In this document: positions 45,694 through 54,634 of the stretch, in pieces | Numbering within the stretch: the first letter of the stretch is position 1 | Layout: each line of letters starts with the position of its first letter | DNA from: Candidatus Saccharimonadales bacterium | GTDB lineage: Bacteria; Patescibacteriota; Saccharimonadia; Saccharimonadales; UBA4665 | Assembly: GCA_044228355.1 (NCBI GenBank) | Contig: JBGAVA010000001.1 | Location: 16,229-80,228 of the forward strand | DNA: 64,000 nt | Direction of reading: 5' to 3' | Made by a program: the position numbers and the translations under genes | Notes under the pieces: generated by a model | What the model saw: the letters and a program-made list of their open reading frames with translations, nothing else | Told to the model about the DNA's origin: nothing | The model's database searches: none

Positions 45694-45772
45694 CAGAGGA
45701 CTGTCCTCTGAAAGTCGTGATTTCACCTGGGAGGCCAGAAATAACAGAGGTTAATTTCGTCTCGGTATATGC
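45694..45772 (+). repeat. hairpin (CAGAGGACTGTCCTCTG) plus TTTCACCTGGGAGG composite element
   Basis: It lies directly after fic and is preceded by a GATTCAG x4 microrepeat at 45652-45690. Confidence 0.7.
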
Positions 45773-45827
45773 TACGGAAAAAACCAGAAAATGGCGTTTC
45801 AGACAAGCTAGTAGTATACTCGAACTT

Positions 45828-46400
45828 ATGAAAGCACAAGCAGCACAAAACAAAGAACAATCTAACGTCAAAGCACCAGGCCAGCATATGTCAGAGCGAA
45901 AGGAGCTTTTGCTCTTTTTGCTGATACCGAGTTCGGTAATCGCACTAGTCGCTGCTTTACTGTGGTTTCCAAGTATGTTGGCGCGCCCTAAGTACGACTT
46001 TATATATTCATCGTGCCCATCCTATGAATGTGATTTTGATTTTACCGTGAAGAACGGCCGTATCTCGAGGGCATATGACGGCGGTTATCTCGGCGATGGG
46101 TACAACTATAATCGACAGATTCCAAGGCTGTATTACTACGATGTAGCAACTGGTTCAACCGAGCAGCTAGACGAATCAAAAGCTCAGACCTATAATCTCC
46201 GCGGCTCAAATGTTTCACCTGATGGTTACCAGCTGGAGAGGGCCAACGGTGAAGGGTCGGGTGGATTTCTCTTTTGGGGCGGTTCTGGTGACTACGGCTG
46301 GTATCTAAAAGATGGTTTGAAAAAGAAACGGGTGAATCTGTCGTCGAGCAGCAGCTACTACACCGAAAATATAACGCTCATAGGTTGGGTCGAGGAGTAA
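45828..46400 (+). CDS. membrane-anchored extracytoplasmic protein, unknown function
   Basis: The start is set at MKAQAAQ. TM helix LLLFLLIPSSVIALVAALLWF, then a Tyr/Gly-rich beta-like domain. Confidence 0.5.
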   Translation: MKAQAAQNKEQSNVKAPGQHMSERKELLLFLLIPSSVIALVAALLWFPSMLARPKYDFIYSSCPSYECDFDFTVKNGRISRAYDGGYLGDGYNYNRQIPRLYYYDVATGSTEQLDESKAQTYNLRGSNVSPDGYQLERANGEGSGGFLFWGGSGDYGWYLKDGLKKKRVNLSSSSSYYTENITLIGWVEE

Positions 46401-46403
46401 GCG

Positions 46404-47492
46404 ATGGAAAATGTATCCGAGAAAAACGTCATACTGGGAAATATTAAGGAAGGCCTTGCCTCAGGCATAATATCCGTTCAAGATTTACGCAACCTATTGC
46501 CGCCAGAGATTTCCATTACCGAGCCAGCAGAGCCAGCAGAGCCAGTCGAGACTCCGGTTTCACAGGTTCTACAACCTACTCCTGTTCAGGAGGAAACTGC
46601 GAGACCAAGGGCCGAAACAGGGAAGAAACTGTCGCTCGTAGACACGTTGTTCTACCTAGCGGGCGGGGTTTTATATGCCTCGCTCATGGTTATGGCTTTC
46701 CAGGCGGGTGCTGATTCCCGCGCGGCTATCATGCTAGTGTGCGGTGTGACTCTTTGGGCGCTGACGTTCGTACTCGGCAGACGGCAGTCATCAAGCGAAA
46801 ACCGCGAAGGGTTTGTTAATGCCATGCTGCTTACGGGCTGTTTAGCGGTGATTTCCGGCGGAGTTATGGCTGCATCTCAGGTAGCCCAAGACCTAAATAT
46901 CCAATTTGGTTACGTGCTTGCCGTCGCGTTACTATTGCTCGGTGGCATGCATCTCTACCTGGACCGTCTCTTTCGCCACACCATCCTGGTGGTATTTGGT
47001 ATGTTCCTGGTTGTAGCTGCTTTTCCGAGCATACTTTCGGCGATGCTCAGCGGACAAAATCTGCCCATGGATGTCTGGACACTGATAGGGATGGGAACGG
47101 GTGCCTTGACGGCCGCGGCGGGATATGTGGCATCTCACACCGCACCGGGTCGTGAGCATTTGCGCGATTCGTTTTCCTCTATCGCAGCGTTCTTTGTACT
47201 GAGTTCGGTGTACGGCGCTAGTATTGGTAGCGAAGCTGCCGCTCTTTGGAGTATAGTACTGCCGTTGCTTATATACGGCGCGTTTTACCTGAGCATAAAG
47301 CGACGTAGCAAGAACTTCCTGGTGACAGGTTCGTTGTTTCTTGTCTTATTCATCATAACCATTGCGTTCAGATATTTCTCTGGTTTCGGTGCTGCATTCT
47401 CGCTGCTTGTGTCGGCGACGGCGCTTTTGGCGACTGCCTTCATGGCTAGTAGTATCAACAAACGTTACATAAAGTCTTCAGCGCAAGAATAA
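46404..47492 (+). CDS. polytopic membrane protein (about 9 TM), unknown function
   Basis: It starts 4 nt after the previous stop. A soluble N-terminal segment of about 70 aa is followed by hydrophobic helices. Confidence 0.55.
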   Translation: MENVSEKNVILGNIKEGLASGIISVQDLRNLLPPEISITEPAEPAEPVETPVSQVLQPTPVQEETARPRAETGKKLSLVDTLFYLAGGVLYASLMVMAFQAGADSRAAIMLVCGVTLWALTFVLGRRQSSSENREGFVNAMLLTGCLAVISGGVMAASQVAQDLNIQFGYVLAVALLLLGGMHLYLDRLFRHTILVVFGMFLVVAAFPSILSAMLSGQNLPMDVWTLIGMGTGALTAAAGYVASHTAPGREHLRDSFSSIAAFFVLSSVYGASIGSEAAALWSIVLPLLIYGAFYLSIKRRSKNFLVTGSLFLVLFIITIAFRYFSGFGAAFSLLVSATALLATAFMASSINKRYIKSSAQE

Positions 47493-47527
47493 ACAAACGG
47501 TAGGTCGATACAGTAAATGACTTTGCC

Positions 47528-47575
47528 GATTTCACCTGGGATGTAGGAAATAACGGTGTTGATTTCATCTTGTGC
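47528..47575 (+). repeat. copy of the TTTCACCTGGGATG composite element
   Basis: GATTTCACCTGGGATGTAGGAAATAACGGTGTTGATTTCATCTTG. Confidence 0.7.
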
Positions 47576-47598
47576 GAGGTCTGACCTACTTTGGCATG

Positions 47599-49155
47599 CT
47601 ATGCGCTACTTGGACGATTTTGACGATATTGTCCTATTGCACGAATAACATCTTCGTGGCCGTACACATATGGCTGTATGCCTGTTTTACGTTCATGCCT
47701 CATCATTTGACGCATGAGCATAGCTACGATGCCGTTTATATCAGCAGGAGACATTTCTTCGGTTAGGGCAGCCAGATCTGCGAACTTGATTTCATCCATA
47801 GATGTGAGTATGGAGGCGTCATCGAGCACCTCTTCACCTATTACCGCAAACATACCGGCTCTTTTGTAAATTAGCGTTCGCCATATCTCTTCCCTTGCCG
47901 CTAAATTGGGCAACGGAAATTTTACGGTTCGGTCGAATCGACCCTGTCGCAGGAGTGCAGGGTCTATACCGTCAATGCTGTTTGCGGCTGCGACCGTGAG
48001 CACCAGAGGGTACTCAGTGCTGGTTAGAATTGTCTTGAACTCTGCTATCAAAGAGCGAGACAGCCCAGAGTTACCACCAGCGTTATTTGTAAAGAGACCG
48101 TCAAATTCATCGAAAAACAAGATGACAGGTTTGCCGCCATGGCCTTTTTGGGTTGACTCATATAGTTCCCGTAAGTTTCTCTGCGTCGTACCTACATACG
48201 GGTCAAGTATATCGGTTACGCTAACTTCATTTAGTTTATATCCGTACTCTCTGGCGATCCCTCGTACAACGCTGGTTTTTCCTGTGCCCGCTATTCCCTC
48301 TAGCAGAAGTGCGCCAGGTTTATCTACGCCATATTTTTTGAGCAGAGACTGGGGAGTTAAAGCATCATCAACCCATTCCCTAATGGCGTCTATTTGTACC
48401 CGTAAACCCCCAAGATTTGCGAGTAATGGATAGCTTTCGTGCCCTGGCACCCCTGTATAGCGCGCAAGCTTCTTTCCGGGTTGCTCGGATTGTGGGTTAG
48501 GGTCTTGCTCGCTAGTTACACCTGGTAGAGAAACTCGAAATACGATTTGCTCGTTTGGGTCGTCTATCGTCGTTACTGAGTTTGCTATCATACCAGTTAT
48601 GCGGGCGAGTTCGACAACAGTTTGCGTTATGTTTAAGTCTTTTGAAGAAAGAACTGCCGGCGAGTCATTTTCCGCTCGAGTGTCAACGGCCGTGATACTG
48701 ATCATGTCTTGGCTGTCATGATTTGAGCTCGCATCGTTAGCTACGCGTTTTATCAGGAAGCCCCGTTCGCTTGATCTGTGTTCGACGTACATAGTGTTGC
48801 CATCTTGATAGCCAGGGAAAGTGTATTCGTTATGTAAAGTCCTGCCCAATTGACCGACTGCCCGTCTAATGCGACGCCGTCTGTTATTGTTACCTGCTTC
48901 AGTTGTAGTAACAGCAATCGTAGAATGGCAATTGTATGAGTCGGGACCAATTGGTTCGAAGTGCATTTTAACTTCCAGCCCGCCTGGATGGGCTTGATCG
49001 ATAGTTCCGATGCAGCGGACGACGTTTGGGTCAATGTCTGCTTCCTCGCCCGTAAACACAACCGAGATTGGTTTTTTGTTCCAGCTCAAAGGGGGCGGAG
49101 GAGTAGTGTCGGGTGCTCTCTCAAAGGGGCTTGTCATAATATGAGACAATAACAC
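47599..49155 (-). CDS. classical AAA+ ATPase (CDC48/FtsH-clade AAA module) with a roughly 260-aa N-terminal domain of unknown function
   Basis: Walker A EGIAGTGKTS, Walker B ILFFDEFD, and the second region of homology DPALLRQGRFDRTVKFPLP. Confidence 0.8.
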   Translation of the reverse strand: MLLSHIMTSPFERAPDTTPPPPLSWNKKPISVVFTGEEADIDPNVVRCIGTIDQAHPGGLEVKMHFEPIGPDSYNCHSTIAVTTTEAGNNNRRRRIRRAVGQLGRTLHNEYTFPGYQDGNTMYVEHRSSERGFLIKRVANDASSNHDSQDMISITAVDTRAENDSPAVLSSKDLNITQTVVELARITGMIANSVTTIDDPNEQIVFRVSLPGVTSEQDPNPQSEQPGKKLARYTGVPGHESYPLLANLGGLRVQIDAIREWVDDALTPQSLLKKYGVDKPGALLLEGIAGTGKTSVVRGIAREYGYKLNEVSVTDILDPYVGTTQRNLRELYESTQKGHGGKPVILFFDEFDGLFTNNAGGNSGLSRSLIAEFKTILTSTEYPLVLTVAAANSIDGIDPALLRQGRFDRTVKFPLPNLAAREEIWRTLIYKRAGMFAVIGEEVLDDASILTSMDEIKFADLAALTEEMSPADINGIVAMLMRQMMRHERKTGIQPYVYGHEDVIRAIGQYRQNRPSSA

Positions 49156-49227
49156 AAAAGAGAATTAAAACAAATATTATTTTATTCAAACTTTTCATTT
49201 CAGGATTGAGATATCACTACGAACCAA

Positions 49228-49278
49228 GGTTTCACCCGGGATGCGGGAAATAACAGAGCTGGGGTTTACCTGGGATTG
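49228..49278 (+). repeat. copy of the composite element with two boxes (GGTTTCACCCGGGATG ... GGTTTACCTGGGATTG)
   Basis: Read directly from the sequence, between the AAA+ gene start and the 49286..49780 gene end. Confidence 0.7.
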
Positions 49279-49285
49279 AGAGAGG

Positions 49286-49780
49286 TTAGCGGTACTCGAG
49301 TAGCCAGGTCTTGCCAGCGTCCATTGTGCAGGTGTGGAGTTCGGCTCGTTCGCCGCGGCGCAGAGTGAAGTCCTGGGTTTTGCAGCCGTTCAGATCGATA
49401 CCCTTTTCCTGTAGGGCGCTGCCCTGTTTCAGGGAAACACCGTTCACTGTCAGGCGTATCTGGTCGCTGTCAACTGATTTGATAGTGAGCGGCAAGCGGT
49501 CCCCATTCAGCTGCCGTAGGTTTACGGTGTTGCCAACAGCGGGCTGCCCCGTAAACACGGTCTTTTTGGGGTCTTGTTCCTCTGAAGACCCAGTCCACGC
49601 CTGCTCGTCCACTTGCAATGTCCCGGCGCTTTGCGGCTGTCCGGTTGCAAAGAAAATAACCAAGCCGGCAAAAATCAGACCTAATACGATGAACATGAGT
49701 AAGCGTGCCTTCGATTTTTCTCTGAAAAAATTCCTTTGTCCCATGCAATCTAGTATAGCAGCAGTATCCAGTGCCGCCAC
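49286..49780 (-). CDS. membrane-anchored protein (164 aa), unknown function
   Basis: TM helix LLMFIVLGLIFAGLVIFFA followed by a beta-rich ectodomain. Confidence 0.5.
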   Translation of the reverse strand: MAALDTAAILDCMGQRNFFREKSKARLLMFIVLGLIFAGLVIFFATGQPQSAGTLQVDEQAWTGSSEEQDPKKTVFTGQPAVGNTVNLRQLNGDRLPLTIKSVDSDQIRLTVNGVSLKQGSALQEKGIDLNGCKTQDFTLRRGERAELHTCTMDAGKTWLLEYR

Positions 49781-49854
49781 GCCCCTTTTTGCGCAGTGCC
49801 AACGTGTTGTGCGGTATGGTATGGTTGTCAGCGGCGGCGTGATATAGTGAGCAT

Positions 49855-50643
49855 ATGAAACAATTCATAGTAGCTGCGTTGGTCGTACTCGGCCTCGTGG
49901 TCGCGTCTGTGCATCAGGTTGGTGCGGCCGAGCAGTATGTCAATGATGCAGATATCAACCTTATCGATGCGGCCACGAGCGCCATAAACGCGTTCGATGA
50001 AGAAGGCCAGAAGGAGAGTTTTTCCATAGAAGCCGTAAAGGCAAAATCTGAAGCAGCAAGCCAGAAGTTATCTGCGCTCGAAAAACATTCGTTTACAACC
50101 GAACTCGGCACAGAGTACTCAAAAGCAGGCGCAGATCTGCAGGCGAAAGCCAAGACTCTTCGCGAAGCTATGACTGCGTTTGTTGCGACCATGGAGGGTA
50201 GCGACGAGGCTGCGTACAATGCCGCCCTCGATGCCTACACGGCAGCCGAAGATACGTTTGGTGCATCGTACGACGCCCTGAACGCCGCAGTTGAGGCTCA
50301 AAATACCGTAGTCGAAAAAGATACGAATCAGAAGCAAGCCATGTATCTGGCGGCCCTTATTCTGACCGGACTGGCCGCAGCCGCCTCCTGGGCGTGGGCT
50401 ATCCTGAAAAAGGAAGCTGACGCAGTTCTTCAGGGCGCACAAAAAGCAGTTGCCATCAATTCACTGTGGCCTCTGGGGGGTGCCATCATTACGTTTGTGA
50501 CATTTCAGACGGCCAAAGATGGCAGTGGTAGCTACACCATCATGTGGGGCTTGATTGTCTTCGGTTTGATAGCATTCGGCAAGTCCATTATGGAATACGT
50601 CGCAGCGCGAAAGCTCACCGGCGCAAAGAAAGCCGCCAGCTGA
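49855..50643 (+). CDS. secreted alpha-helical protein with C-terminal TM helices, unknown function
   Basis: Signal peptide MKQFIVAALVVLGLVVASVHQVGA, an Ala/Glu-rich helical region, then three hydrophobic helices. Confidence 0.5.
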   Translation: MKQFIVAALVVLGLVVASVHQVGAAEQYVNDADINLIDAATSAINAFDEEGQKESFSIEAVKAKSEAASQKLSALEKHSFTTELGTEYSKAGADLQAKAKTLREAMTAFVATMEGSDEAAYNAALDAYTAAEDTFGASYDALNAAVEAQNTVVEKDTNQKQAMYLAALILTGLAAAASWAWAILKKEADAVLQGAQKAVAINSLWPLGGAIITFVTFQTAKDGSGSYTIMWGLIVFGLIAFGKSIMEYVAARKLTGAKKAAS

Positions 50644-50665
50644 ATGGCGTAATAAGAGCTAGGGA

Positions 50666-50710
50666 CGTTTCACCTGGGATGGCAGGATAACAGATAGGGG
50701 TTTCACCTCG
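50666..50710 (+). repeat. copy of the composite element (CGTTTCACCTGGGATGGCAGGATAACAGATAGGGGTTTCACCTCG)
   Basis: Read directly from the sequence, 23 nt after the stop of 49855..50643. Confidence 0.75.
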
Positions 50711-50784
50711 TTTCTTGGAAAGCCGGCTTTGTCATGGTGTGTACTCTGCTTGTGCTACAGTATAGATAACAAGTAGGAGGGTAT

Positions 50785-53706
50785 ATGTTTTGGCTCATTA
50801 TTCTCGGGATTATCGTCATCGTCATACTAACGGGGCGAGATAAAACACCGACGCCACCCTCGAACGACATCAATCAGCAGTGGGTCGACTACATTGCGGC
50901 CTACCGGCAAAACGTGAAGTCAAAGTCGGAAAAAGCGCTACTCTCCCGTATGCTCGATGATCTTGTGGCGCAGGGCATGCCGACGCCTTCAGCTTCGCTT
51001 CTTGCCACAGCTGAAGTGGTCGACCGTGAGGAATACGAAAGATTCCGACTTGAGACGTCTGAGGCGCACGGGTCTGAGGCCGGGGTGCAAGCCGCAGCCG
51101 TAGCTCAGCCCGAAAGCATTGTCCAGGCGGCTCCCGACTGGCAGGCAGAGTTGCCGCAGGCCACGGCTGCAGAACCGGTCAAACTGGACAATACGACACT
51201 GCTACTGTACTTCGGTGCTTTTCTGTTTATCGCCTCGGCTGGGTTGTTTGTGGCACTCTCCGGCGCGTACGGGGAGCTGCGCGTGGCTACGATACTAACG
51301 GTGATGGCAGCACTCTACTTCGGTGGGCTGTGGCTGTACGATAATAAACCCAAACTGCAATCGGCCAGCTACACGTTTATCGGTATGGGGTTGATGCTTG
51401 CGCCGCTGGCGGGCCTGGCGACGTACTCGTACGTGATGCGTGATCGTCCGGAGCTGGTGTGGCTACTGACATCGGTACTGTGTCTGGGGCTGTACGGCCA
51501 TGCCCTGCGTAAGCTCAAGACGCCGCTGATGGAGTATATCTTTATCGGGACATTCGTTTCGCTGTTTGAGTCGGCCATATCGGTACTGAAACTGCCGCTG
51601 TACTACTACGGCTGGGGTTTTGCGGCTGTCGGGCTGTGCATGCAGGCCTGGGCTCTGTACCGGAAAAAGGCCACCGATTATGATGAGCCGACAACCATGA
51701 GCAGCGGTTTACTGATACCGCTTTCAATCATGACAGCTCTGTATATGCTGCCGGATTACGGCGTCGTTCAGCTGGGCGTCTCGCTGCTGCTGGCCGCCCT
51801 GTATTACGGTCTTCAGGCCTGGAAGGCGCAGGACGACTATGTACGGGTGAACAATGCCGTGGTATCACAAGTGTCACTGCTCTTTAGCCTGTCCTGTTTT
51901 GCGTATGGCTGGCAACACAAGCTCTCTCACGTTGTGCTAGTACTGATGGCGCTTGGTTTCATACAGTTGCTGGTGCTTATGACGAAGGCGGCCTCGGCGC
52001 TCACAAAATCAGTTGCGACCGTTGGATTTCTGTCGCTCGTTACGGCCGCTCTTCTGGCTTGGCAATATCCGGGAGAACAGGTGGCCGCCACGGTATTCGC
52101 CGCCGCCTACGGTGTACTCATCTGGATTCACCAGCAGCGGTCCGATATGTACGTTGTGGCTACACTCGTAGCGGCTACACTGCCGTTTAGTATCGGTCTA
52201 CGAGCCGTGGAAACACCGTGGCACGCGTGGGGTCTGGCGGCAGCTACGTTTGGTATTGCCCTGGGTCAGCTCGCGGCGTTTGCGCTGACGAAGCGGACGG
52301 CTCTGGACACAGACGAGTGGCGTACCAGTTGGCGCAGCATGCTGCTGCTCACGCTTGGTCTGGGCTGTTTTGTCTCTGTCTTTGCTGGTTCTGTGGCGAT
52401 TTTGGTTGCCGGTGTAGCCGTGGCGCTCACCACTTACGGAATAGGGCATTACGATGCTTCACCCGCCTGGCGGCAGAGCAGCAGCCTTTTTGCGGCGCTT
52501 CCAGCTGTGTTTTCGGTGTCCAGACCGAGTGCGTGGCTGGCTGCGTTATTTGTAGGATGCGCCTGGAACCTCTTGTTGGTAGTCGCCAACCGGTTGGAAC
52601 TGGCTCGTTGGCTTGGTAGTGCGCTCTGGCTCCTACTGCCGGTTGGGTTTGCCCGAGTTTTTCCATCTCTCGACACGGCTTCATGGTACGCAGCCAGCTA
52701 TTTTGTCTGCATGGTCGGTATGGTAGTGGCCCGCGCGGTAGCTCAAAAGCGCATCGCGCACCTGCCGATAGCATTGTCTGAGTTGGAGCGGCGCCTTCAT
52801 AGTGATAGCCAGGCGTATGTCGCTGGGTATGCGCTGGCAGGCATAGTATCGTTTGTAGCGAGTCTGTCCGGGCCGCGTATGTTGCCGGCTATTATGGGGA
52901 CTTTGCAGGCTGCGCTGTGGGTATACATCGCTCGCAGTGTTGAACGCCGACCAGACATAATCGGGCTGGTACCGGTACTGCTCCAGGGTGCGCTGTGGGG
53001 GACGTACCGCGACGCATCGTCGGTCAATCTGTATGTATTTGGCAGTACCATGATAGCCCTTGGCGGCTACCTGTATGGGTGGCTCCAATCTGCCGGAAAA
53101 TCGACTGTCAACTACGGCCGTCAGCTGCAGACGGCGTCGCTTACCATGCTTTACCTGGCACCGGCAACGGCTATGTTCTTCGAGACGCATTGGACGATGC
53201 CCCTCGGTTTGGCTGTGGCTGGGCTGGCCACGCTGCACGCGGCATGGGGACGCGCTCAGAACGAGCGGGAGATGGCGGGCGGAGTGGTTGTGCTGGCTCT
53301 GATGTGGCTGCTTGGCTACAACGGTGTCGATAACACGCAGGTCTACACGCACATTCTCGCCGCGTTATTCGGGCTGTACGCCTACTGGCGTAACCGCTTG
53401 GGCGACAAAGAGACGAGCCACAGCTATCTTGTAGCTATGCTGTGTGCCGCCACCATTCCGCTGGGCTTTGAGGTAATGGGCGGCACTGGCGGCGGCCTGT
53501 ACGGCTGGTGGTTCTTGGGCGAACAAGTTGCCATCATGCTGTTCGGTATGGCCATAGGCGACCGTTTTGTTACTCGCTGGGGCATGTACGTAGCGGTCGG
53601 TGCAGTGCTCTACCAGCTGCGTTCACTAGCCTGGCTGTCGCTAACGCTGCTGGCACTGTTCCTCATCGGCCTCGCCGTCTACCGCCTACAGAAATCCGAT
53701 AAATAA
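50785..53706 (+). CDS. very large polytopic membrane protein (973 aa, more than 20 TM; DUF2339-like architecture)
   Basis: SD AGGAGG lies 6 nt upstream. An N-terminal TM is followed by a soluble stretch of about 120 aa and then continuous hydrophobic helices. Confidence 0.6.
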   Translation: MFWLIILGIIVIVILTGRDKTPTPPSNDINQQWVDYIAAYRQNVKSKSEKALLSRMLDDLVAQGMPTPSASLLATAEVVDREEYERFRLETSEAHGSEAGVQAAAVAQPESIVQAAPDWQAELPQATAAEPVKLDNTTLLLYFGAFLFIASAGLFVALSGAYGELRVATILTVMAALYFGGLWLYDNKPKLQSASYTFIGMGLMLAPLAGLATYSYVMRDRPELVWLLTSVLCLGLYGHALRKLKTPLMEYIFIGTFVSLFESAISVLKLPLYYYGWGFAAVGLCMQAWALYRKKATDYDEPTTMSSGLLIPLSIMTALYMLPDYGVVQLGVSLLLAALYYGLQAWKAQDDYVRVNNAVVSQVSLLFSLSCFAYGWQHKLSHVVLVLMALGFIQLLVLMTKAASALTKSVATVGFLSLVTAALLAWQYPGEQVAATVFAAAYGVLIWIHQQRSDMYVVATLVAATLPFSIGLRAVETPWHAWGLAAATFGIALGQLAAFALTKRTALDTDEWRTSWRSMLLLTLGLGCFVSVFAGSVAILVAGVAVALTTYGIGHYDASPAWRQSSSLFAALPAVFSVSRPSAWLAALFVGCAWNLLLVVANRLELARWLGSALWLLLPVGFARVFPSLDTASWYAASYFVCMVGMVVARAVAQKRIAHLPIALSELERRLHSDSQAYVAGYALAGIVSFVASLSGPRMLPAIMGTLQAALWVYIARSVERRPDIIGLVPVLLQGALWGTYRDASSVNLYVFGSTMIALGGYLYGWLQSAGKSTVNYGRQLQTASLTMLYLAPATAMFFETHWTMPLGLAVAGLATLHAAWGRAQNEREMAGGVVVLALMWLLGYNGVDNTQVYTHILAALFGLYAYWRNRLGDKETSHSYLVAMLCAATIPLGFEVMGGTGGGLYGWWFLGEQVAIMLFGMAIGDRFVTRWGMYVAVGAVLYQLRSLAWLSLTLLALFLIGLAVYRLQKSDK

Positions 53707-53735
53707 CCCTAGATAAACGCAGCGCACGACATGGT

Positions 53736-53773
53736 TTGGCACTCTGGACTTTTGAGTGCTAGTTCGCTACAAT
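53736..53773 (+). promoter_or_regulatory. CIRCE operator (TTGGCACTC-N9-GAGTGCTAG) with adjacent TACAAT -10 box
   Basis: 53736-53762 matches the hrcA-proximal CIRCE almost exactly. TACAAT lies at 53768-53773. Confidence 0.8.
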
Positions 53774-54010
53774 TCTATATGGCGATTTATGATTATCAGT
53801 GGGTACCCCAAGGCGTCCAGCTGACTTTTACCAGAGCATATGCCGGGATATAAGTGCAGCACATCGCCGTGGGTCAACCTCGCGAGGTTTTATGTCAGAC
53901 ACAAGAATGTTCGGAAATACGCATTGCAAGATATTGACAATTAAGTCAAGAGGTGCTACTGTATTAGTACAACACCTCGCCCTCGTGGAAACACTCGGTG
54001 AGGTTTTTTA

Positions 54011-54634
54011 ATGGCCGACAGTACGCAAAAAAAGGCAATTGTCTATATAGACGGCGAGAACTTCCTGCATAGAGTCGAGGACGTTCTAAAATCAAAAGCA
54101 CTCATACAAAAGAAAGAGGAAATCATTCGTCTGGATATTACGACGTTATTTCAGGATATTTTCCCGGAGTATCAGCTAGAATTGAGGTACTACGGCACCA
54201 AAATTCGAACACATGATATTACCGATCCGACTGTTTTGGACCGTGCGAAAGTGATGGTTGAGTCTCAGCGGCGTTTGAAGCGCAATCTAGAAAATCAAGG
54301 GTGCGCCTTTATCGTCTCGGGTTCGCTGAGGCTGCGGCAAGTAACATGCAGCTCATGTCAAAAAACGAGCCACGTATTTAAAGAAAAAGGGGTCGATGTG
54401 CGTCAAGCTGTGGATATTGCGGAGGAAGCGGGAGAGGGCGTGTGCCAGATTATTGTCAGCTCGGATTCAGACTTGCTTCCTGCGCTGCACGCAGCAAGAG
54501 CTAAGGGAAGCCATCTCATATATGTGCACCATGCAGAGCAACCAAATTTTGCCATGATAAAAGCTGCCGGCGAAACGCGCGTGTTTACGCCAGCACAAAT
54601 TGTAGCCGCTTATCAGGAGGTAGAAAATGAGTAA
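54011..54634 (+). CDS. NYN (LabA/DUF88-like) domain protein, predicted RNase
   Basis: VYIDGENF at the N-terminus and [13 protein letters not shown] acidic motifs typical of the NYN/PIN-like fold. A central CSSCQ loop is present. Confidence 0.65.
   Translation: MADSTQKKAIVYIDGENFLHRVEDVLKSKALIQKKEEIIRLDITTLFQDIFPEYQLELRYYGTKIRTHDITDPTVLDRAKVMVESQRRLKRNLENQGCAFIVSGSLRLRQVTCSSCQKTSHVFKEKGVDVRQAVDIAEEAGEGVCQIIVSSDSDLLPALHAARAKGSHLIYVHHAEQPNFAMIKAAGETRVFTPAQIVAAYQEVENE

Noticed and set aside
49228-50710. Pairs of direct repeats (GGTTTCACCYGGGAT ... GGTTTCACC) spaced about 33 nt apart, considered as a possible mini-CRISPR array
   Set aside because: Each locus has only two boxes of about 15 nt. 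The repeats are shorter than CRISPR repeats, the intervening sequence (GGAAATAACAGAG) is itself conserved between loci, and no cas genes are present.
42383-50710. The repeat-delimited gene blocks considered as an integron cassette array with attC sites
   Set aside because: Genes occur in both orientations, no integrase or attI is present, and the element lacks the RYYYAAC/GTTRRRY inverted core sites of attC.
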